From assembly GCA_964010765.1 (NCBI GenBank), contig CAXGMD010000079.1:1-14524 (forward strand): 14,524 bases of DNA. Direction: 5' to 3'. The notes below the pieces were generated by a model. The model did not search any database. It was given only the letters and a program-made list of their open reading frames with translations, and had not been told where the DNA came from. Of the stretch, positions 7,648-14,524 are shown piece after piece; the first letter of the stretch is position 1; the number at the start of each line of letters is the position of its first letter. The position numbers and the translations under genes were made by a program. The stretch is from an uncultured bacterium. GTDB taxonomy: Bacteria; SAR324; NAC60-12.

Positions 7648-7980
7648 ATTTTTCCTTAATCTATCAGGTGATTTTTGCGCCAACTAATGAGTTATTGGTG
7701 TTTTGCTTGAATTCCTCAAATGACCAAGCTGAAAATAAAAGTAATTCGAGCGATATGTAGTCCTCGATTGCTTTCCATGTAAACATGTGTCTATTATGCC
7801 TAATTCTTCTGTTCCCCTGGCGTCAATTGGGCATCCAGATGCAACAGATTCTAATGATTGTGTAGAGTTCGACATTAGATAGTTGATTCGGTGAGATTGG
7901 CAAGTAATGGGTAATTATTGAACTCTCCGCAGCTACAGCAACAGAATTCAGCATTGCAAACCATCCATTCGCAGAGTGTC

Positions 7981-9228
7981 ATGGAAAAACCGAAACACAT
8001 TGTGTTGACCTCACATCCGGGTCGTCTTGATCAACGTGGGCCGCAGATTCAATGGGGTCAGGCGGACCCCAAGCAACGAGGCCCTATCATTGGTTCGGTC
8101 AAAAACCCCTCCAAGCGAAATGTGATTGGTACTCATTCAGGCTCCTATGCGGTTTATCGTGCGCTTGCCGTGGCTGCCGGACAGCTTGATGCGGACCATG
8201 TCCCAGACCTAACAAATACGGCACCAATTGTCCCAATTGGTCCTCACTCTCAGTGGGGAGAACCTGGAAAAATCGTTTCTTTAGATCCCTTTGGTCACAT
8301 GATTGGTCAGGTTTTCGCGGAGGAATTAAAGGACGGAATGGATATCCGCCCTACGATAGCTGTGACCAAGGCAAGGTTAGAATTGATTGAAATGCAAGAC
8401 GCCATGCGACAGGGGCGCCTGAAGCCTGATGGCAGAGTGTTACTGGAAACAGGAGAGGTGAATGTGACCAAAATGGCTGTCGAACCAGTCTGGTACCTAC
8501 CAGGGGTTGCTGAAAGGTTTGGGATTACAGAATCGCAACTTCGGCGAAACCTCTTTGAGCAAACAGGAGGAATGTACCCTGAACTAGTAACTCGTCCAGA
8601 TTTGCAGGTCTTTCTTCCTCCAATTGGTGGAATCACTGTCTATTTCATGGGAGATGTTTCTAAGATTGGAGACAAAGATTGCAAAGTTGCTTGCCGTGTT
8701 CATGATGAGTGCAACGGTTCGGACGTATTCGGTTCGGATATTTGTACGTGTCGACCCTACTTGATTCACGGTATTGAGGTGTGTGTCGAAAATGCTCAAA
8801 AAGGTGGGGTTGGCATTATCGCATACTTCCGCAAGGAGGGGCGTGCACTGGGAGAGGTTACTAAGTTCTTGGTTTACAATGCGCGCAAGCGTCAAGAGGG
8901 TGGAGACCGAGCGGAGACCTATTTTGAAAGAACGGAGTGTGTGGCAGGTGTTCAGGATATGCGCTTTCAACAATTGATGCCGGATGTGCTTAATTGGTTA
9001 GGTGTCAAGCATATCGACATTCTGGTTTCCATGAGCAATATGAAATATGACGCGATTGTCTCTCAAGGGATTACTGTTGGGGAGCGTCTGGCGATTCCTG
9101 ATGAACAAATTCCTGATGATGCAAAGGTAGAGATGGAGGCCAAAAAAGCCGCAGGCTACTTCACTGACGCCTCACTGGATCCTGATGCTCTCAAAAGCAC
9201 GGTGGGCCGAAATCTGGAGCAGTTTTAA
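7981..9228 (+). CDS. GTP cyclohydrolase II-like protein of Urc1/Urg1 type (long N-terminal domain plus RibA-like domain)
   Basis: Zn-binding RVHDECx10CxC, YFRKEGRALG and DMR motifs of the GTP cyclohydrolase II fold, preceded by a long N-terminal domain (HIVLTSHP, RNVIGTHSGSY, DIRPTIAVTKA). ATG at 7981 preferred over TTG 7918. Confidence 0.92.
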   Translation: MEKPKHIVLTSHPGRLDQRGPQIQWGQADPKQRGPIIGSVKNPSKRNVIGTHSGSYAVYRALAVAAGQLDADHVPDLTNTAPIVPIGPHSQWGEPGKIVSLDPFGHMIGQVFAEELKDGMDIRPTIAVTKARLELIEMQDAMRQGRLKPDGRVLLETGEVNVTKMAVEPVWYLPGVAERFGITESQLRRNLFEQTGGMYPELVTRPDLQVFLPPIGGITVYFMGDVSKIGDKDCKVACRVHDECNGSDVFGSDICTCRPYLIHGIEVCVENAQKGGVGIIAYFRKEGRALGEVTKFLVYNARKRQEGGDRAETYFERTECVAGVQDMRFQQLMPDVLNWLGVKHIDILVSMSNMKYDAIVSQGITVGERLAIPDEQIPDDAKVEMEAKKAAGYFTDASLDPDALKSTVGRNLEQF

Positions 9229-9234
9229 ACGTAA

Positions 9235-10452
9235 ATGACCTTAGATCCGTTTGAGTTCCTAAACTCGCCAAAGACAATCCGCCAACGTTGTAATCAACTT
9301 TATCTGCTCGGACTAGAAGACCGATTGGACAACTTTCGCATTAGGGAGGATCGGTTACCGATCTCTGTGGAATTGGTTAAAGATGAAATATTAGCCAATT
9401 ACCCCGATCTGAATGTCCCCCCTCATAGCCGATGGCAACATTTTGATGTCAGGGGGACGAATCACTGGTCTCCCTTTAAGTCAAAAATTCGGGATGATCG
9501 CGAACTCCTGCTAGCTCAGATCGATTTGGCGGTGACTAGTGTCTTGTTAGATGCGGGGGCAGGGCCCAACTGGCACTTTCGAGATCCTCTCACCGGAGAG
9601 AACCATTCTCGCTCAGAAGGTCTGGCCCTAGCGAGCTTATATCTCTTTTCTAAGGGAACTTTCTCGAGTGATCCTAATGATCCATTGAAAGCTGATGCGG
9701 AGAGTCTTCGAAAGTTTGGTGTTGAGCAGTTGGCTAAAGGATTTCAATTCTCAGCGGCAAATCCACTTGTTGGGTTGGAAGAAAGGGCTGCTCTACTAAG
9801 AAGATTAGGTGAGCAACTCCTTAGTTTTCTTGGAACGGACCAAGAGCCAAACCCAAGAATAGCGAATATCCTTGATAAAATTTCAATCGGCGAAGATAGA
9901 GTTCTTAAAGTGGATCGCTTGCTAGGAACTTTGCAAAAGCTGCTGCGGAATGTCTGGCCCCCACGTTTGACCCTGGGTGGTCGTAACTTGGGTGATGTCT
10001 GGCGTCATCATTTATTAGCAGATTCTGAAATTACTACTGAACTGGTTCCTTTTCACAAGCTTACACAGTGGTTGGCTTATTCGTTATTAGAACCACTGGA
10101 AGAAGCTGGTTATCAAGTCCAAGACATTGACCTATTGACAGGACTTCCTGAATACCGAAATGGTGGTCTTTTCTTCGACACAGGTATTCTGGAGCTAAAG
10201 AAGCCTGACGAAATCGATGCTTTACATCCTGTCTCCTCAGAACTTATCGTTGAATGGCGAGCATTGACGGTCATCTTGTTGGATCGATTAGCAGAACAAC
10301 TTAGGGAGAAATTACGGCTTACAAGAGAAGAACTTCCCTTACCCCAAATCTTACAAGGAGGTACTTGGAGCACTGGCCGCAAGCTCGCTTATGAACGTCG
10401 CCCAGATGGAGCACCACCCCTCCGTGTGGAGAGTGATGGCACTGTATTTTGA
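9235..10452 (+). CDS. URC4/Urg3 family protein (DUF1688)
   Basis: Motifs PPHSRWQHF, SVLLDAGAG, RSEGLALAS, PFHKLTQWLAYSL, TGLPEYRNGGL, VEWRALTV, LQGGTW, SDGTVF. Starts 6 bp after the Urc1-like gene. Confidence 0.92.
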   Translation: MTLDPFEFLNSPKTIRQRCNQLYLLGLEDRLDNFRIREDRLPISVELVKDEILANYPDLNVPPHSRWQHFDVRGTNHWSPFKSKIRDDRELLLAQIDLAVTSVLLDAGAGPNWHFRDPLTGENHSRSEGLALASLYLFSKGTFSSDPNDPLKADAESLRKFGVEQLAKGFQFSAANPLVGLEERAALLRRLGEQLLSFLGTDQEPNPRIANILDKISIGEDRVLKVDRLLGTLQKLLRNVWPPRLTLGGRNLGDVWRHHLLADSEITTELVPFHKLTQWLAYSLLEPLEEAGYQVQDIDLLTGLPEYRNGGLFFDTGILELKKPDEIDALHPVSSELIVEWRALTVILLDRLAEQLREKLRLTREELPLPQILQGGTWSTGRKLAYERRPDGAPPLRVESDGTVF

Positions 10453-10473
10453 AATTTTCTGATCGAGGTTTCC

Positions 10474-11106
10474 ATGAATAAGGTCCTTAAAGAAATTAAA
10501 CACCCACTGGTGCAGCATAAGCTTTCGCTGATGAGAAAAAAGGGCACCTCAACTAGAAGTTTTCGTGTCTTGGCACGAGAGGTGGGACTACTTCTAGCTT
10601 ATGAAGTCACTCAAGATTTACCGCTTGAATACGAAGAAATTGAGACTCCATTACAAAAAATGCAGGCTCCTTTTCTTGAGGGGAAAAAGCTGTGTTTAGT
10701 CCCAATCTTACGGGCAGGAATCGGCTTGTTGGATGGTTTCTTGGAGTTAATTCCCTCAGCCAGGGTTGGACATATTGGGCTTTATCGTGATCCGGTGACC
10801 TTGGCGGCAGTGGAGTACTATCTGAAATTGCCGGAGATGATTGATCAGCGCTTGGTTATTGCCCTGGATCCCATGTTGGCAACAGGTCATTCTTCAGCAG
10901 CAGCAGTTTCTCGTTTGAAGGAAAATGGGGCCTCTAATATCCGGTTTGTCTCGCTGCTAGCTGCACCGGAGGGTATTGGATATTTCCACAGTGAACATCC
11001 AGACGTCCCAATTTATACCGCAGCAGTGGATGAAAAGTTGAACGATCACGCCTACATTTTACCCGGACTAGGTGATGCAGGAGATCGAATTTTTGGGACT
11101 AAATGA
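10474..11106 (+). CDS. upp: Uracil phosphoribosyltransferase
   Basis: [27 protein letters not shown] loop [32 protein letters not shown] upstream. Confidence 0.97.
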   Translation: MNKVLKEIKHPLVQHKLSLMRKKGTSTRSFRVLAREVGLLLAYEVTQDLPLEYEEIETPLQKMQAPFLEGKKLCLVPILRAGIGLLDGFLELIPSARVGHIGLYRDPVTLAAVEYYLKLPEMIDQRLVIALDPMLATGHSSAAAVSRLKENGASNIRFVSLLAAPEGIGYFHSEHPDVPIYTAAVDEKLNDHAYILPGLGDAGDRIFGTK

Positions 11107-11197
11107 CCCTGAAGTGTCAAAATAAGATATAATTTCCTGAGTGCGTAGTAGATAAAACATGTAATCAGTGTACGCGTCTACGGATATAAGTCGAGTT

Positions 11198-11237
11198 TGA
11201 GGCTAAAATTTGAGAGTTCGAGAGAAAGTTAGCCTCA
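11198..11237. terminator. Inverted repeat between convergent upp and dehydrogenase genes
   Basis: TGAGGCTAA (11198-11206) and TTAGCCTCA (11229-11237) form a 9-bp perfect stem around a 22-nt loop. Confidence 0.45.
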
Positions 11238-11272
11238 CCCATTTTATAGATTAAGAAATATTTGCTCTTCAG

Positions 11273-12139
11273 TTAATCACTCAACAAATGACGGGTCAGG
11301 CTAGATCCGTCAAAATTGGAGAGTCCGTCTGCAATTGCTTTCCGATAATTCTCCCCAGAAACTTGGGCAATTGGCAACTTAGATCCGACGACTTCTGCTT
11401 GTTTCAAAGACAAATCCAGATCTTTCAATAGCCCAGCAAGATCAAAGGTTCCTGGCTGGTCGGTTCCATTTAATGTGTCGATCACCACTTGTCCTCGGTT
11501 CTTTAGCACATTTGGTCCACCGGAGCTGTCAGTCAGCAGAGAGATTGCGGTTTCAGCTGAAATTCCGCTGCCCTTCAACAGGGACATCGCCTCCGCAAGA
11601 GTGTTCCAGTAAATAGCTAGTGGCAAGTTGACCGCTAGCTTCATTTGAGATCCTGAACCGGCAGGTCCGAGGTGTTCCACGCGCTTGCAAAGTTGGGAAA
11701 GGATGGGTTGGGCTTTAGCAAAAGATGTTTCGGCTCCACCTGCCATCCCTAAAAGTTGTCCTTTGAGGGCCGGACCCACTGTTCCGCCAACTGGGCAATC
11801 AACGAACTCTGCTCCAGCTTCCGTCAACTTTGCTGAAATGGAGCGAGTTTCTTCCGGGAGTAGAGTTGATAGGTCAATCACGAGCCTGCCTTGAATGCCT
11901 GCACCGATCAAGTCCTGAACCACCCCACTGACAGCCTCTGCATCGGTCAGTGAGAGTAAAATCATCTCACAATCAACCACCTCTGCGAGATCCTGGGCCA
12001 CCTGAGCACCAGACTCGGCAGCAGCAGCAGTTCTTTTCGCGGAACGATTCCAAACAGTAACTTCGTTGCCAGTTTCGAGCAGACGCTTAGCGAAGGCCGT
12101 TCCCATTCTGCCGGTCCCCACAATTGCAATTTTGCTCAT
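11273..12139 (-). CDS. NAD(P)-dependent beta-hydroxyacid dehydrogenase (3-hydroxyisobutyrate dehydrogenase family)
   Basis: IAIVGTGRMG, VWNRS, IDLST, substrate loop FVDCPVGG and catalytic Lys in GSQMKLAVN. AAGGA RBS. Confidence 0.92.
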   Translation of the reverse strand: MSKIAIVGTGRMGTAFAKRLLETGNEVTVWNRSAKRTAAAAESGAQVAQDLAEVVDCEMILLSLTDAEAVSGVVQDLIGAGIQGRLVIDLSTLLPEETRSISAKLTEAGAEFVDCPVGGTVGPALKGQLLGMAGGAETSFAKAQPILSQLCKRVEHLGPAGSGSQMKLAVNLPLAIYWNTLAEAMSLLKGSGISAETAISLLTDSSGGPNVLKNRGQVVIDTLNGTDQPGTFDLAGLLKDLDLSLKQAEVVGSKLPIAQVSGENYRKAIADGLSNFDGSSLTRHLLSD

Positions 12140-12185
12140 TTTTTATCCTTTCTGATTAAGTTCAATCTTGTTTCAACAGATTGCT

Positions 12186-12884
12186 TTATTTCGCTTGATC
12201 TCCAATTTTCACCTGCATTGGCTCTAGCCCATCTACAGAACAATCCAAAACATCCCCCTGAACCACTGCTCCTACTCCGGCAGGAGTCCCTGTCATGATG
12301 ATGTCTCCAGGCATCAGTCGGTGTTGTTGGGAAATTTTGGAGATGATTTCATCAATTTTCCAAATCTGAAGAGAAATGTCAGCATCCTGTTTAACCTCTC
12401 CGTTTAATTTCAACTTCACATGACCTTTCGTCATGATGCCGATTTCTTTGACGGTAGAAATTGGTCCAATCGGGGCTGAATGGTCAAATCCTTTGGTAAT
12501 CTCCCAGGGTAGCCCTTTTTCGATCACTCCCAGTTGATGGTCTCTTCGAGTCATGTCCAGACCGACAGCATAACCGAAGATGTGCCGATTCGCCTCAGCC
12601 AATGGGATGTTGTATCCCCCTGAACCCATTGCCACAACAAGCTCACACTCATAGTGGAAGTTTTCAGTGAAGACAGGATACGGGATCTCTCCTCCATTCC
12701 TCACAACCGCATCTCTAGGCTTCATAAAGATTACCGGTGGATCTCTTTGATCAGCATTCATCTCGATGATATGCGCCACATAGTTTTTGCCAATGCAATA
12801 GATTCGACGGACTGGGAATTTTTCATCTGAACCCTGAATGTCCAGATAGCTATCAGTTGGAGGAGTTACGGCAAAATTGACCAT
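12186..12884 (-). CDS. Fumarylacetoacetate hydrolase family protein (NagK/FAHD1-like acylpyruvate hydrolase)
   Basis: FPVRRIYCIGKNYVAH, FMKP, HYECEL, GYAVGLDMTRRD, WEITKGFD, GDIIMTGTPAGVG. ATG at 12884 preferred; the ORF track start is 12935. Confidence 0.92.
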   Translation of the reverse strand: MVNFAVTPPTDSYLDIQGSDEKFPVRRIYCIGKNYVAHIIEMNADQRDPPVIFMKPRDAVVRNGGEIPYPVFTENFHYECELVVAMGSGGYNIPLAEANRHIFGYAVGLDMTRRDHQLGVIEKGLPWEITKGFDHSAPIGPISTVKEIGIMTKGHVKLKLNGEVKQDADISLQIWKIDEIISKISQQHRLMPGDIIMTGTPAGVGAVVQGDVLDCSVDGLEPMQVKIGDQAK

Positions 12885-13115
12885 GAAATTTCTCTTTGGT
12901 GGTAAATGAAAAAGCAAAAGACGAAGAAAATCCAAACATGGATTGCTGAGAATTTCCCGAACAACAATTCATTACAAGATATAAAATTAATTTTTAGTTA
13001 GATTTATATAATATTTGTGCAAATCAAATAAATCGTATATTCTTCACCTCCGCTTGATAGTTTAGCGCAAATTATCGAAGCGTTTGTGATCTCAATTTTA
13101 TCGGGAGAAGACACC

Positions 13116-14147
13116 ATGAAGACGCAAAACGCAATGACGCGACGAAGTTTCGGCAAATTGGCTCTGGGTGGAGCAGCCCTGGCTCTGATGGGGGCACCAG
13201 GTATCGTTAGAGCCCAACAAGCCATCACCTTCGCAGTTCCAAATCCATCCGCACTGACTTGGATGCCCTACTGGGTTGCAGTTGGGGAAGGATTTTTCGC
13301 AGATGAAGGGTTGAACCCCACCTTGGAGGCAGTTGACGGATCATCACAAGTGCTGCAAGCGATGTCAGCTGGGCAAGCTCATATTGGGGCACCGGGACCG
13401 GGACCAACTCTTGGAGCACGTGTACGAGGTGTGGATGTGAAATTCCTCTACAACCTCTACGCGAAATCAGTCTTTGGTCTGTTGGTCAAAGCAGACAGTG
13501 GCTACAACAAGCCTGCTGATTTAAAAGGTACCGTAATTGGAGTTGGTACTGCTGATGGAGCCGAAGTTTCTTTCACGAGTGCAATCATGGCAGATCTTGG
13601 CATGAAGTCAGGTAGTGACTTCACCTACCTGCCCGTCGGAGATGGAGGAACAGCAGCAGTAGCCTTCCTCCGTGACGAAGTGAATTCCTACGCAGGCGCA
13701 GTCTCTGATGCAGCGATTTTGGCTGCTCGTGGGTTGAAGTTGAAAGAGATTACTCCTGAAGAGTATCTGGGCTTCTTCGGCAATGGAATCGCCATGCTTG
13801 AAGGCCAAATGAAGTCGATGCCCGACCTTGCGCCAAAGTTTGGTCGTGCGATGGTTCGAGGGATGCGCTTTGCCTCTGTTGCTGCAAACAAGCAGAAATG
13901 TCTGGCTCACTGCGCCGCTGGAAATCCTCAGGAAGGTGAGGAAGATTACGCACCATCCTTGTTCGATGGAGTACTCGGCCGTATGACTCCGACAAGCGCT
14001 TACATGGGCCAGGGATTTGGCTATCAACCACCTGAGCATTGGCAAGCAATTCATGATTCTGCTGTAGCTGCTGGAGATCTTTCTGCTCCAATGACTGACC
14101 TATATGCGGTCTACACTAATCATTTTGTCTCAGGCTGGAACGCCTGA
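13116..14147 (+). CDS. ABC transporter substrate-binding protein, NMT1/THI5/SsuA (NitT/TauT) family, with Tat signal peptide
   Basis: TRRSFGKLALGGAALALMGAPGIVRA-Q twin-arginine leader; GFFADEGL and ADLKGTVIGV family motifs. GGAG RBS before ATG 13116. Confidence 0.9.
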   Translation: MKTQNAMTRRSFGKLALGGAALALMGAPGIVRAQQAITFAVPNPSALTWMPYWVAVGEGFFADEGLNPTLEAVDGSSQVLQAMSAGQAHIGAPGPGPTLGARVRGVDVKFLYNLYAKSVFGLLVKADSGYNKPADLKGTVIGVGTADGAEVSFTSAIMADLGMKSGSDFTYLPVGDGGTAAVAFLRDEVNSYAGAVSDAAILAARGLKLKEITPEEYLGFFGNGIAMLEGQMKSMPDLAPKFGRAMVRGMRFASVAANKQKCLAHCAAGNPQEGEEDYAPSLFDGVLGRMTPTSAYMGQGFGYQPPEHWQAIHDSAVAAGDLSAPMTDLYAVYTNHFVSGWNA

Positions 14148-14152
14148 ACCTA

Positions 14153-14524
14153 ATGGTAGAAGCTCAACTCCACAATAATGAAACGGCGTTTCAGCAAACG
14201 CCGCCGGTTTATGAGATCGAAAGACTTTCGAAGACCTACCCCCGAAATAACCTCGTCGCGCTCAAGGACGTGAATCTCAGGATTCACCAACGTGAGTTTG
14301 TCTCCATCATAGGTTCTTCGGGCTGCGGGAAATCGACCTTGTTGAAGATCATGGCGGGGTTGTTGCCACCAACCACGGGAAGCGTGATGCTGGAAGGTCG
14401 ACCAGTATTGGGACCACGTCCTGACATAGGGATGATGTTTCAGCAGGCAACGCTCCTTCCCTGGAAAACTACTATTGAAAACATCGTTCTACCGATTGAG
14501 ATCCGTGAGGGACGCAGTGCAGCC
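14153..14524 (+). CDS. ABC transporter ATP-binding protein, TauB/SsuB-like (5' part, truncated by the window end)
   Basis: Not in the ORF track; translated by hand: MVEAQLH...LSKTY...ALKDVNL...FVSIIGSSGCGKSTLL (Walker A)...GMMFQQATLLPWKT (Q-loop). Open to the end of the window. Confidence 0.92.
   Translation, partial: MVEAQLHNNETAFQQTPPVYEIERLSKTYPRNNLVALKDVNLRIHQREFVSIIGSSGCGKSTLLKIMAGLLPPTTGSVMLEGRPVLGPRPDIGMMFQQATLLPWKTTIENIVLPIEIREGRSAA

Noticed and set aside
7720..7735. RutR box upstream of the URC-like operon
   Set aside because: Only a half-site (TGACCA); the TGGTCAA arm is absent.
6716..7875. Short ORFs overlapping the dehydrogenase gene and its promoter region
   Set aside because: They overlap a well-supported CDS, or have no RBS or recognisable domain.
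7981..9228. Annotation as ribA or ribBA
   Set aside because: The N-terminal domain is not DHBP synthase, and the neighbours are DUF1688 and upp rather than rib genes.
11143..11181. GCGTA/TACGC plus GTAGA/TCTAC pseudoknot-like arrangement after upp
   Set aside because: Loop lengths (0, 18, 1) do not fit an H-type pseudoknot, and 5-bp stems are expected by chance.
8307..14091. Remaining antisense or alternative-frame ORFs within the Urc1, Urc4, dehydrogenase and SBP genes
   Set aside because: They overlap strongly supported genes and lack recognisable features.

Overview
Bacterial window with two distinct halves. The left part (about 1-6640) is AT-rich and looks accessory. It holds two small hypothetical proteins, a PAS-histidine kinase broken by a frameshift and a nonsense codon, a GNAT acetyltransferase, a stand-alone RarA/MgsA C-terminal-like protein without an ATPase domain, and a very AT-rich MFS transporter. 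It ends at an isolated, correctly spaced tRNA 3' fragment (T-arm to CCA, 6613-6640), which probably marks the att end of a tRNA-integrated island. The right part (6697-14524) is higher in GC and metabolic. It holds a CRYL1/3-hydroxyacyl-CoA dehydrogenase-family gene, a three-gene Urc1 (GTP cyclohydrolase II-like)-Urc4 (DUF1688)-upp operon resembling the yeast URC uracil catabolism genes, a beta-hydroxyacid dehydrogenase, an FAH-family hydrolase, and the start of a NitT/TauT ABC transporter operon. No CRISPR array, rRNA or complete tRNA was seen. All family calls come from motif recognition by eye, not from database searches.
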